Source: Podarcis bocagei
Lineage: Eukaryota
DNA: 64,000 bases
Reading direction: 5' to 3' (one strand)
NCBI GenBank assembly: GCA_964188305.1
Contig: OZ076893.1
The notes beneath the pieces were generated by a model that made no database searches, was not told where the DNA came from, and saw nothing but the letters and a program-made list of their open reading frames with translations. Within the stretch, counting starts at the first letter, position 1. The number at the start of each line of letters is the position of its first letter. The position numbers and the translations under genes are program-made. This document shows, one piece after another, positions 23,100-35,940 of this stretch.

Positions 23100-23972
23100 T
23101 CTTGGACTTACATTTTCTACATCCTACTGAGCCTGATTCATTCCTCGCTTAACTTCAGTAGCCATTTAATTTCATGCACCAAAGGATGACGAGGGCGTTG
23201 AAGTAAAGGTTGATGTTTTGCATGGCTACATCAGGGGACTTTTACAATTCATTGGCTTGGAAAGTAGTAGGTGAGGATAAAGCTAAAGTGTTCTTGAAAG
23301 GGGGCGGACGGAGACGCAAATGCAAAGTTAGCTTTATTCCATTACCCTGACGAGATTGAAAGTTTTGAATATTTAGTACGGAATGCAGCCATTCCAATTA
23401 GGCTTCTTTCAGTATGGTGTGCGCGCGCATTCAATTAATAGAACATTTTGTTTCCCTCCTCTTCCCTCACCCAGCCCCTGCCTGCACCCAGCCTCGTGCT
23501 TCCACTCGAAGATGCTGGCAAAATACTGCTCACTTGGCATTAGGAAAGCTCTGTGTATAAGACGGCGGTGCCAACAAAGGAAGATTCAGTGCCGATTTCA
23601 TGAGGGGAAAGAGCATTATAGCAATTACTCAATTGGCCTGATTTCTGTCAGCTTTCCAAAGGAAAGAGTGAGGAGGCCAAGGCTTCATCAATGCATAAAC
23701 AACACCTAGAATTACTCATAATGAGCCACTGATGTTTGGTGCTTAGGTCACAGGGATGTGGAGCTGTTGGCAGCCTCACTCGTTCCCACTTCCTTTGAGG
23801 GTGGGGAGAGCTGAAAATTCAGTAAAAAAAGAGAGAGAGAGAAACTTGGTTTGGAGCAATCTGTGAATTTCTTCCTGCCACTCACAATAGGATTCAAAGC
23901 ATGGGGTGGGGGGAAACCAAGTTCACACATTATGCTAAATGCAAATACAAGCTGTCTCTGCACGTGTATGAG

Positions 23973-24492
23973 TAGGGATGTTGGAGAAGTCGAGTGAAAC
24001 CAGAAATGGGAGCAGAAATTGCCAGTGCTCGCTTATTCATACCACATCCAGAAGGGAAGGGAATCCAGCAAATATGATCAGCATCCTTGATGCTTTTACT
24101 TCTGTGGGAATGAAAAGGCTTAGGAACCAGGGGCTTTGATTTGTTGATTTAGTTTTCAACATTTAAACGCCAAATAAAGCCAAGGCGGCTTACATCTTAT
24201 AGTAAGAGTGCTTCGGCTGGAAAACGGAAGCTTCCACCTTTATCTGAGTTTTGTGAGTATGTAAGAGAAAATAACATACAAAAAATGTTTCATATTAGGA
24301 TGACTTGCCTACTGAAATGTGCACATTAGTCAAAGGTGCTGCTCACTAGGAGAAATTAGCACTAAAATGCTGGAGAAATTTCATGAGGATCCCCCCCCCC
24401 CATGCAAATTGCTGCAGAAATGTGGAGAACTGAATTGAAGATTGGAAAAATGAGAAATCGAGAGAATCAAAATAGAGAGCCTTCCGTCCCTA
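23973..24492. mobile_element. Degenerate MITE-like repeat (reverse orientation relative to 9634)
   Basis: TAGGGATGTTGGAG start and CTTCCGTCCCTA end; right part is the reverse complement of the 9634 copy start. Confidence 0.5.
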
Positions 24493-24519
24493 GCTGTATC
24501 CAACAGTTCTGCTCACAGT

Positions 24520-24619
24520 TGTTGTTTAGTCATTTAGTCATGTCCGACTCTTTGTGACCCTATGGACCAGAGCATGCCAGGCACTCCTGTCCTCCACTGC
24601 CTCCCACAGTTTGGTCAAA
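24520..24619 (-). mobile_element. Very short Bov-B 3' end
   Basis: Matches the tail of the 12658 copy; flanked by direct repeat CTCACAGT (24512-24519, 24620-24627). Confidence 0.85.
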
Positions 24620-25952
24620 CTCACAGTAGACCCATTCAAATTAGTGCATCTAGGTTTGTTATGGCCATTTATTTCAATGGGTCTTCTCTGAGTAGGACTA
24701 ATATTAGATGTGATTCAATCTCAATAATGTAGCATAGTACACAGTATGATTTTTTTGGGGTCTCATATTGTTTATTTATATGCCTCCAGATACCAAGATC
24801 TTGGGATCAATCTAATCACCAATCTTTACTTGTTCCATTTCAGAGCAATAGCTCAACAATATCCTACAAATCATTTTATTAAACAAAGAAAGCAAGTATC
24901 ATTTTGCCCAGCTGAGGCTGAGGTTACTCCGAAATACGTATGTATATTGTTGCTGCCTTAGTTTATTTCCCCCCTGGAATTGAGATATATAAAAATGTAA
25001 GTCGTCCAAGTGCGAAAATGTGCATTGTGGCATTGAACTGGGGAATGTTTATTTTTCGAATTAATTCTGCAAATATTCCATGGCAAAAGGAATACTGCCA
25101 GTCCTTGTGGAAAGGACATTTATTTGGTTTCATGCCACCAGGAAAACAACACACACGTACACCCAAATGCAAAGGGGCTAGATTATATCCTAAACTCCAG
25201 ATTCTGCAATTCAGCATCATGCCGTAGAAAATCAGTAATACATCACGGCAGAATTGCTTTCCCCCATTGCTCGTGATTGAAGATGGGCATGTGTTCTGGC
25301 ATCGGCGGGCGACATTAGCTTTGATTAATGCCAGAATTTTGAACGTAGCAACTGAGGGACTGCACACCTGCGAGGCAGACATGCTTACCTAATGGCTGTA
25401 GTTGTTAAATGCAGGAGTGGTTAATCAAAGTTTCAACACAAGGTCTGAGGTGGGAGGAGAACCCGGCTTAATTAATGTGCCAGATACCCATGCCAAAAGG
25501 TTGCTTAGATTATTTTCAGGCTGAAAAAGAAGTCTCAGAGAGTAGGGTAATTCCCAACATCTGTGAGCATTTTTATTGGCAGCTCGTGTCGAAAGCCTAC
25601 TTGGTGTGTTGGGGTGTTTGGCCACATTCTACCAAGCTGATCGGACAAGCTTTCCTTGCCCATAACAAAGTGAACGGATCAGTGCTGAAGAGCCATGTAG
25701 CCCCTGGGCAAATGCAAGAAGGACTGAAGAGACAGGTCAACTGGTCTGCATGCAGAAGATCCCAGAAATCTACAATTGGCACCATAAGATACGCTCTCCT
25801 TGAAATACTGAAGAATCACTGCCCAATTTAATTCTGAATAAAGGTCTGGAAGCAGACCTTTGAACCGTGTCTTAACTCTGGGTTACCATGCCACCTTATC
25901 AACTCTAAATACATAAACACAAAGACAGCAGAGATAAACTGTGAACAGCTTA

Positions 25953-26750
25953 AAGGTACCTGTCAGGGAACTGCCATCAGAGCTGGAAGCGGAGGGAAGG
26001 CTCCAAAGGGATGGCGGAGAGGGTCCCAGTAGGGAGAGAGGGAGCCCGTCTGCTGGGGAAGGAAATCAGTGTAACACCAGTAGAGAAGGGGGGCAGATGG
26101 GGGAATTGGGGAGGAGGCTCCAAGACTCCTCGCTGCAGACCAGCGGAGAGAGTACGGGTACTCCACTGCCCACACTCTCCCTGCGCAGAAGACTTCCGCG
26201 CAGGGAGAGTAGGAGGAGACTTGGCGTCAAGGAACTTTTGTGCTGGAAGAAGTTTAAGAAACGCCCACTGACGGATTCTGCCAGCGACTGAGACAGTCAC
26301 GATGCTGGAGGCTGTTCAGTCAGAAAGGGTTAACCAGGTAACCTAGCCCGGAGTGGCGGCAACTTATGCACGAGCAACCCCTAAACCCATTACAGTACCC
26401 CTGCCCGTACGGGCCAGTCGTGTCCGACTCTAGGGTGGTGCGCCCATCTCACTTAAGAGGCCGGGGGCCAGCGCTGTCCGGAGACACTTCCGGGTCACGT
26501 GGCCAGCGTGACGAAGCTGCTCTGGCGAGCCAGCACCAGCGCAGCACACGGAAACGCAGTTTACCTTCCCGCTAGAAAGTGGTCCCTATTTATCTACTTG
26601 CACTTGGGGTTGCTTTCGAACTGCTAGGTGAGCAGGAGCTAGGACCGAAAGACGGGAGCTCACCCCACTGCGGGGATTCGAACCACTGACCATACGATCG
26701 GCAAGTCCTAGGCGCTGAGGTTTTACCCACAGCGCCACCCGCGCCACCCC
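25953..26750 (-). mobile_element. Sauria SINE (different subfamily) interrupted near its 3' tail by a solo LTR
   Basis: SINE body 26395-26750 with B box GGTTCGAATCC on the minus strand; tail remnant AAGGTACC at 25953-25960; TSD TGAACAGCTTA at 25942-25952 and 26751-26761. Confidence 0.85.
25961..26394 (+). mobile_element. Solo Gypsy LTR related to the full-length element
   Basis: TGTCAGGGAACTG...ATTACA; TSD GTACC (25956-25960, 26395-26399); open frame 25962-26291 homologous to the LTR-encoded pol tail. Confidence 0.93.
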
Positions 26751-29016
26751 TGAACAGCTTACTGTTACAATAGCATTCACAGGGCATTTGTTTTAGTTAC
26801 CTTTTTGACTCGATGCTGCATCCTATCCTGTGCTTTAAATATGGTGTTTACAATTGGGTGTCTTTTTGCCTTTTACTTTTTAATAATAATTTACTCCCAA
26901 TTTTCCATCCATTTTAAGTGTGTCTGTCCCCCCCCCCCCTTGTCGCCAAGAGGCTTCTTGTGATTGTTTTGACATGACTGTGTTTTGAGTATTATACCCT
27001 GCTTTTACTTTGGACATGACGAAGAGTCAATCTGAAGTGTGTGTGTATACACACACACACACACATATATATATATCTCACATAAAACAGTAAAAGAATT
27101 ATCAATATGAAACAGGTAATGGGTGGTATTTGCCTAAACAGTTCCACTAGTGCAGTGACTTTTAGCTGTGCAATGTAACTTTCTCACCCTCTCCTCTTCC
27201 CATGCCCCCTAAATTTGCTTTGGGGTTTCCCCCCTGACCCTCTGGAGCAGATTTAGGGGAGGTGTGGGGACACACAGGGATATGAGAGGGCAGGGAAGCT
27301 GCAATGCACAGCTAAAAGTCAATGGCCAGCATAATAGTTCAATTGAATATTGCCCCAAATTGACAGAATTAAAAAAAAACAAAAACAAGTATGCATAACT
27401 AAATTATATGTCTGGTTAGGCTTCCTGTGATAAAAAAGATTTTTGCAGGTGTCTAAAAGAGTATAATGAATGTGTCTGCCTAATGCTTGGTGGTGCCACA
27501 CTGAAAGTTTGATTCCTCATGGATGCTTAATGATTATTATATATGTATACGTAATATAGCTCAGTAGCAGAGATGAAACCCTGCGAATGATCTTTGAAAT
27601 CCACTTTATTTCGTCTTCATCTGGGGGTAGATATTTTGTGTCATTTTAGATGATCCCCATCACTCTTTGGATGAACACTTACAGTGTTTAATATTTGTAA
27701 TTTTTATTAAGTTTTTAATATGTATTTTGTGTTTAGTGTTTTTATCACCGTAGATTGTTTCAGGATGCCTCTGGGTGTGGGAAGTGATGTATAAACAGAA
27801 TAAACACAACTTCACATCCCATCAGCAGATAAGGGCCATAAATTCGTTGAGAAGTTCTGTATACAAGCCCCATTGAAAGGAATATGAGTTCTGCAAGAGC
27901 AGGGCTGGCTCCCATTCCCTTCAATGGAGCTTGTGGAGGAGAAGTTCCCAGCAGCCTGTGCCCCATGATCTTTTTGTCAGCATTTCTTTACAGATCGCCA
28001 CAGATTTCCACCCATCACCTCCTTAAGCAGTTCTTCTGTGGATTTCCCTCGAGGTTTTCTTTGATAAGGAAAGATCACAAAGGGATCTTTAAAGGACTCT
28101 GCCTCTCCCTCCCACTGCTTTGCCCTTTGACCTTTCGGGAGCCAGGGCCACACCAGACTTCATTTGTACTCTATTTCCTGGTCCCTCTCAGGTTGAGCGC
28201 TCTATGTTTCCACAGCAGATTAATGACAGCTAATAATATCTGATATATCTGGACATTGCTACATAATGAGTTGCAGTCCCACAGGGTCTCTGAAGTGTCA
28301 CCACTAACAAATTCACCAGACCTGCACATAATTAGCATGTAAAAGGAGTGATCATGCAGTAAATCTGTAGGGGAAGATGGATAGCCCGGGGGGGGGGGAG
28401 AGAATTAAAAGGAGAAGGGGGAAACACACACACACACACACACACACAGGCACAGTCCTAATGCTCCTTCCAAAATGTATGCTTCCTGGCATGAATATTT
28501 TCTTGATAACAAACTGCGAACAGGTTACCTTTACAGTAACATTATTCCTTCCATGGCTGATAGGCAGAATTTCATTACGCCACTGCTAATGTTACAATAT
28601 TTCTGTAAAATGTCACCATATGTAAATGAGAAGTAGGGTCGGTTTTCTCCTTAGCTGCCTTTTTTTTTAAAAAAAGGGGGGAAAGATGAGTTATCCTTTT
28701 TTATTGTGGGCTGGTTGTGCCTTTTGCTAGTTTAGTAACTTGCGAGTATGATGTCATTATATACATTTTTCTCTGCTGGGAAAGAAATTGTCTGGGGGGA
28801 AGATGGACACGTGATGGTGTCATGATGCAACTTAAGTGATCCAGTTTTTTTAAAAAGAGGGGGATAACTCAGCATAGAGATTCCTTCTTCATGCAATGCA
28901 TAAAGTATGGAACCTGGTCCCACAAGAGGCACTGATGGCCACCAACTGATGGCTATCGAAGCCATGGTGGCTATGCTCTGCCTCTGAAGTTGGAGGCAGC
29001 AATAATAATAATATTA

Positions 29017-29294
29017 TCTGAAAGAGCGTCTCCACCCCCATCGTTCTACCCGGACACTGAGGTCCAGGGCCGAGGGCCCTTTGGCGGTTCCCTCACTGCG
29101 AGAAGCCAAGTTACAGGGAACCAGGCAGAGGGCCTTCTCGGTAGTGGCACCCGCTCAGTGGAATGCCCTCCCACCAGATGTCAAAGAGAACAACAACTAC
29201 CATACTTTTAGAAGACATCTGAAGGCAGCCCTGCTTAGGGAAGCTTTTACTGTTTGATGCATTACTGTATTTTAATATTTTGTTGGAAGCTGCC
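29017..29294 (+). mobile_element. L2-clade LINE 3' fragment
   Basis: GAGGGCCTTCTCGGTAGTGGCACCC...TGGAATGCCCTCCC (RAFSVVAP..WNALP-like L2 ORF2 end) followed by an AT-rich 3' UTR. Confidence 0.7.
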
Positions 29295-29709
29295 TTCCAA
29301 TTATTATTATTATTAGTAGTAGTATTTGTATTTGTATTTCCACCTCAAAGGAAGATCTCAGTCAGTTTAGCTATACACTTCCCATTCTGCTCTACTTATG
29401 GCCTCACAATCCCCCTCCCCATGTAAGAATTTGTGATGAAACTGGCTGTACATTTTTGGATGATGGAGGGACAGAAAGTGACCTTGCACTTGCAGACTGT
29501 CACCTCTCTGGATGTGGTTAAAGCACCTTTGAACTGACATCAGATGAAGCACTGTTTTGTGAGGTATCAACCGAAGACACAACCACCTCTAGACTTTTAT
29601 ATGACTGATAGCTCAAGGTGCTTTGTTTACCAAATTGTAATGACTGGCAGCTACTAGCCCGCCTTTGAGAGTGGAGGAGCTGGAGGGAAACATAACTAGC
29701 AAAGATGAT

Positions 29710-30066
29710 AAAGTAAAGGTAAAGGGACCCCTGACCATTAGGTCCAGTCATGGCCGACTCTGGGGTTGCAGCGCTCATCTTGCTTTATTGGCTGAGGGAG
29801 CCGGCATACAGCTTCCGGGTCATGTGGCCACCATGACTAAGCCGCTTCTGGTGAACCAGAGCAGTGCACGGAAATGCCGTTTACCTTACCTTACCTTTCC
29901 TTTCCTATTTATCTACTTGCACTTTGATGTGCTTTTGAACTGCTAGGTTGACAGGAGCAGGGACCAAGCAATGGGAGCTCACCCCATCGCGGGGATTCGA
30001 ACCGCCAACCTTCTGATCAGCAAGTCCTAGGCTCTGTGGTTTAACCCACAGTGCCACCCGCGTCCC
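29710..30066 (-). mobile_element. Sauria SINE
   Basis: Homologous to the 2065 copy; (ACCTTT)n tail appears as AAAGGTAAAGG on +; B box GGTTCGAATCC. Confidence 0.9.
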
Positions 30067-31013
30067 AGCAAAGTCTTGAATTTAGCAGCAGACTGGTGAA
30101 GCACTAGAGCAGCAAGTGTTGTGTACTGTCTGCTTACAAAAGCTGTGATGCAGCTTTAGACACGAGCCCTGCATGTGTGGGTGCTCTTCCATACAAATCT
30201 CCAGTACTCCTTCTAGGCAGGGCAACTGGCCCCACAAAAAATGTGCCCCTTAAAACTTCTGACTGCCTTCAGTTGCCAAAGATGATCAGAGAGAGGCTTC
30301 GTTCAAAGAAGCAACTGAACATATCAATGTTATTCTGTGAAGTGAATATTTTGTACTGGAAGTCGTAATGCTTCTCATTGCAATTGCTGGTTTAAAGGAC
30401 CAGCAACGTCTGATGTCTCCCTGTCTCCCTCTCTCTTCTTCACACACAAATTCCAAGCAGAGCAACGAAAGGAACTAGGGTTTTTTTTATTAAAAAATAA
30501 AAATCAAGTGAAGGTCACAAAATGCCTGGCTCTCAGGAGGGAAATGTTTTAAAAAGCAGCTTTAATGATAATTAACTGACAATGATTGATAACCAGTAAT
30601 TAGAGGCACAGCTCCAGAGCTGTGCCATTCATTTTATGTGGTTGGGGTGTTTTGTTTTTGTCTGCTTATTTCTCTAGCATAATACTATAATGCAGAAGTG
30701 GACGGACATCAGGTTTGTCGGAGCTACTTTGTTTTTTGCAAGAAACTCAAGAACCTGAATCAGAGCCTAGTGCAAAGGACACGCCATAAGAATTAAAGGA
30801 CAGCGTGCCTTTGAGCCTAGGGAGTCATTTTCAACATCAGCTCTGAAATGGGCTCCTGGTCCTTCCGCAAAATAGTCCACGTTTGCTCTCTACATTTCAG
30901 CACCCTACATTAGGTGGGGAAAGTCCTGTTGTTGTCGTTGTTAAACAATTGCTGATTTACTGCAAATCACCCAGTGATCTATCAGTCGATCATGATCTAC
31001 CTTCTGCCCTACC

Positions 31014-31409
31014 TGTGATGGACAAATATGCCAACTTGTTTTGTTCAGTTTCTTACTTTTTCCAATCTTCATTTCTCCACATTTTCACATCAGTTTTCTC
31101 ATGAAAGTTCAAAGACTTTAAGGTGCAAATTTCTCCTTAATATACACATTTTTGTAAGCAATTTTGCCTACTATATACATTTTGCATACAATTTCTGCCT
31201 AACATAACATGTTTTGTACATTATTCTCACTATAAAAATAGACATGTTACCTTGTTATATGCATCTTTGCATCTATTATTTGGTTGACCACCTGCATTGC
31301 AAAATTCAGAGACATATGAGCTTCAAAGGATGGCTATGTTTCATAAAATGCAATTTTCACAGATTCATCTTTAAATGAAAACTTAATCAAATTTCTCCTC
31401 TGTCCCTGA
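31014..31409. mobile_element. Degenerate MITE-like repeat
   Basis: Internal motifs shared with the 9634 and 62732 copies; ends TTCTCCTCTGTCCCTG. Confidence 0.5.
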
Positions 31410-32013
31410 TAGACAATGGGGATACACAGCAGAGAGGTTACCATTGTTTTCGCTTTTCAAGGAACCCCATGTTTTCATTTGGGATTTTCCCAACAAATTG
31501 ACAAAAAACTTCAAATGTTAAACACTCTTCAAACACATAACTACCACTTGGATCTGGCTCAAACATGTTGCATTACCCATGTGAACACTGGGAATGCTTG
31601 GAACTGTCTTACCGCTGAGTCAGACTTAGATGAAGGTACATTTTATGTCAACCAATGCCTGCACGTTGGTGGTCCCTAAGCAATGGCTTCAGATTCCTGT
31701 GCTGGTGAGTGACTTCATTCTTTTTTCTTTTTTTAGCCGTTACCCACTATAAGAATTTGGTGCATTCTCATATCGAAGTGCCAACTCAAATGCTGTCTCT
31801 ACAGAAACTCAAAATGGCTTTGATCTGGCTGGTAAGTTCAGCTGTGGGCCATCATATGCAGGTAGCCCAGCATATGTCTGAACTGGACCAACCAGATTTC
31901 TCATCAAGGTTAGTTGGAGACAACTCTATGTTCCCCCAAGCTGGCTGATGCCTCCTTCTTGTGTACAGATGGTATTGAGTTGGCTGCATAAGGAAAGGCA
32001 GTCAGAAAATATT

Positions 32014-32251
32014 AGAAGAAGAGTAGTTTAGTCTTGATATCTCACCTTTCACTCCCCTTAAGGAGTCTCAAAGCGGTTAACAAACTCCTTTCTCTGACTC
32101 CACCACAACAAACACTCTGTGAGGTGGGTGAGACTGAGAGACTTCAGAGAAGTGTGACTAGCCAGCAGCTGCATATGGAGGAGCGGGGAAGCAAACCCAG
32201 TTCACCAGATTACGAGACCACCACTCTTAACCACTACACCACACTGGCTCT
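32014..32251 (-). mobile_element. Squam3-like SINE
   Basis: Reverse-complement homolog of the 20426 copy with an internal deletion. Confidence 0.8.
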
Positions 32252-32257
32252 CCATTA

Positions 32258-32585
32258 TTGGCATCCATCTGTCTTGAAAGACAGTGGAGTGCACCTCCAG
32301 GGGTGAAGTCACACTACTGTGTTAGCAGCACTAAAGTGACCTCCCAGTAGGCAAACCTGGGCAGTGGGTATGGAGGTTCTGGGTTACTCAGATAGCAAGT
32401 CCTTGGCCTTGCTGATGTGGTCCAAAGGAAAGTGGAGCAATATGTTTGGCACCAGCTTGGCTGCAGGAGTTGCCAGAAGGAGGCATACAAGATGCCATCC
32501 AAACATCTTAGGGACCCCATTTTGGATTTTTGTAGGGTATACACCTTAGCCTTCCTGAAGATGCCCTGCAAGGGCAGTGGAAGAG
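32258..32585. mobile_element. Probable interspersed repeat, possibly RTE-LINE 5' UTR-derived
   Basis: Resembles, from memory, a recurrent lizard repeat (GGGGTGAAGTC...GTTTGGCACCAGCTTGGCTGCAGGAGTTGCC); no second copy in this window, so class is uncertain. Confidence 0.3.
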
Positions 32586-35500
32586 TTTTCCTTCTCCTAA
32601 ATGGGCTATCTTCCCTCAGATATGTGGGGAAGGGCTTTCCATCTTCCCAGTGCATGTGTTGGCTCAAATCTGGAAGAACAATCCATGAGGAACAGAAGAT
32701 TGTTCTAGGGTGTAAATCATCCTTTCTGCAGCAACAGCTATGTTGTTTTGTTTTGCCGATTTAAAAAAAAAAATGAAATCACTTACTTCTTCAGTAGTGT
32801 TATTTTCTTCAACAGGACTGCTGATTGGGCAGTTTGTTTGTTTGTTAAGTTAGCTCTTGAATTAAATTGTGTTTCATGCTTTCAGCAGTTTTGCTGTATG
32901 TATTAAAATGTCTACACAAGTCCCAATCCAGCAAGAATGATCTATAAGCACAAACAGGTTCTTTCCTAAGGGATTGTCCCTACTGCCAAAATAAAAGGGT
33001 TCTGTTGGCCAGAGAGGGACACACCCAGCCCCTAGAGTTAGTTTAGAGACATATAAGATGTATTGACTGGAATCCAAATAAGTCATTAGACTCACACAAG
33101 GCGGTTGTGCTGGCCTAGTGAAATTTTTGACCTTCTTTTCCCCTTTGAACAGCTGACCCCACCCCCAAATTGCCATATCCCAAAGAGCTAATGCAATGAC
33201 TCTTGGTGACAAAAGCAATTTGCTGAATAGGAGACTGTTGCTTTAGAAAAAAAAGTGGGTGGAAATCCCACTTGAACTCATGGAAATAGTCTCGCTCTCT
33301 CGCTCTCCCCCTGCTCTCTCTCTCCCTGCTCTCTCCTTCCCCTCCTTTATTAAGATGTTCTGCCCTTAGCAAGGAATGGGAAAGGATCCCCCCCCCCCAC
33401 CAAACTCTTTCACTGGGCAAGGATCTGTAATAACATTTGAATTACTTCCTCCCAAATATCACCAGTATGAGTGGCATCACAATGTATGACATTGTCAATA
33501 TATTCAAATTTCATCTTACCAAACAAACATGGGAACATGGGGGGCAGAACTCTTGTTTTGCTCTGGTCTGGAAGGAGAAAATACTTGTACATTTCTGAAG
33601 CACAGTTGGATTTACCCCTTGTGTTTGATTGAGCACTGATGAGGGAACCCAAATAGAAGTGAATCTACAGTGAAGGGAGGCAGCCTTACAAGTCTTAATA
33701 TTGGGTTTTACCTCTCCAAACTGGAATCCCATTAAGTTGATGTGATATCACAATATCCCACCCGCTCAGAGTATTGTTTTCAGAAGTAATACTACTACCA
33801 ATACTGTTGATAATAAACAAACAATGCTTTTTAGCTTTCAAAATACTACATGCACATTATCTCAGTAATACTGTTCTGACTCTGAGTATAAGGTGGTTCA
33901 GTGGCAGAATGGGACTGTAATGTCAATTTTGTAGATTTGTGATTCACAAGCGACTGCTATAGAATATTGACAAACAGGCCATTTTGAGAAATGCAAGCCT
34001 GGTTGGTGAGAATTCCTTACACATGATCCAGGCCAGGCAAAACTGTAAGCTGTTGGAGACAACAGGCAAGGTAGGACTGTTGCAGGTCAGGAAAGGAGGC
34101 TGAAGGCTGGATAGCTAAGTAGGAAGACACCTGAAGACAGGGAGCCAAGAGGCAGGGTAGCTGGAGGGTATGGTGCACCCTCCAAAATTTCACATATCAA
34201 AACAGGTCCAGTCATGCTTAGAATATCTCTATTCTTATGCCAAAGTTCACTATCTGAGAGCCATTGGCCACCTTACACTCCACTGCTGCATGTCACTGAG
34301 GGAGCATCTTTGCTCATATGCATTTCCTGTGTCCTGAAGCAAGTGGGTTACCTAACTTTAAAAACAACAACTCAAGAAGGTCTAATGTCACAACAGATCT
34401 GCTTGTACTTGCAGAACACCTGTAACTCAAACGTCTTCAGCAGCTTTTCATATCTGGGCTGGCAGTCATGCAGTGTGGAAGGGGAAAAGGGAAGGGAGCT
34501 GCCTGCACATATTAACAAGGTTTTTTTGGGGGGAGGGGTTTTAGGGCACCCTTTCAAATCTCCTCAAATGGGAAATGCAGGGCTAAGTGAAAATGGCCTT
34601 CCACAATTCTCCATATTCTTTGTGGGTGCTGAAAATGGAGAGGGTTTTGCCAAATACACTTGAAAGCGTAAGCACACAAGAGTTTCTCCTCAGAAAAGTC
34701 TCTTCTGAGAAATTCAGCATGTTTGTTGCTGAACAGAACTTTATTGTCCATTCGTTTTCATGCATGAAGGAAGTCTAAGAGAAGAGAACTGGAAGGGGTA
34801 GGGCCAAGCGTACTCCTGACTTCAACAATATTAAAATAATATATTTAGCATTACATATAACATATTAAAAATAGGCCCACATTATGCACCCCAAATCCAT
34901 AGATGTATGGAGCAGGTAAAAAGGCTTCCCCAAGTGGTTAATCAAGGGGCACAAAAAAACTAATAATCCTACTCAGCCCCCTCAAGGGCCACTGGCTGAT
35001 CCCATGTTGCTCAAGAGCATGCGGTTGGGCTTGCCAAAAGAAGCTGCAGTTGTCAGGTAGTATCACCCTTATAGGGTAATGCAGTGCTCCCAGTTATTGG
35101 CTGCAGAGCAGCCAAGGAAAACTGCCATCCCTTGATCCTGGAGGAGAGGTGTGCATACTTACTCCAAACATGGTGGAGACAAGCTCACCTCCACATTATC
35201 AGCAGGCATGGCATTGTCCAAGAGTTTAGGATGAGCCCAAACTATAGCAGAAACAACGTTTCACCAGGAAGAGGCACCATTAAGTGGAGACCATCCCTGG
35301 TTGAAAGTGATAATGACAACATAATTCATAGAATCATGGAATCATAAAATTGTAGAATTGACCCCAAGGTTCATCTCTCCAACCCCCTGCAATGCAGGAA
35401 TATGCAGGTGGCCAGGATGGGCATGGAATCAGCAGCCTCAACGTTATCGGCACCATGCCTGAGCTTTTTGTAGTGCATGATGCTGCAGCACTGTTTTTAC

Positions 35501-35687
35501 AAGCACAGCAGCCCTGACAGAAGGACGTGAAATAGATGCAGAGGCCTAGAAAGATAGAGGACAGAAAGGTAGTGAAGGCACTGAGTTCATGAAAGGCAGG
35601 ATTAAAGAAAAAGGGATGCTGTGGGGGGAAACATGCATGTAAGCAAGAGAGACTGTAGAGGAGAGGAGTAAGGGGACGGATGGGTAA

Positions 35688-35940
35688 GAGAAGAAGAAGA
35701 GGAGTTTGGATTTGATATCCCGCTTTATCACTACCCGAAGGAGTCTCAAAGCAGCTAACATTCTCCTTTCCCTTCCTCCCCCACAACAAACACTCTGTGA
35801 GGTGAGTGAGGCTGAGAGACTTCAGAGAAGTGTGACTGGCCCAAGGTCACCCAGCAGCTGCATGTGGAGGAGCGGGGAATCAAACCTGGTTCCCCAGATT
35901 ACGAGTCTACCGCTCTTAACCACTACACCACACTGTCTCT
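35688..35940 (-). mobile_element. Squam3-like SINE
   Basis: Full-length reverse-complement homolog of the 20426 copy, with (CTT)n tail and tRNA-like head. Confidence 0.82.

Noticed and set aside
27030-27070. Second hammerhead (TCTGAAGTGTGTGTGTATACACACAC)
   Set aside because: Core incomplete (no GA after CTGAA, no GAAA); at best a decayed remnant overtaken by microsatellite.
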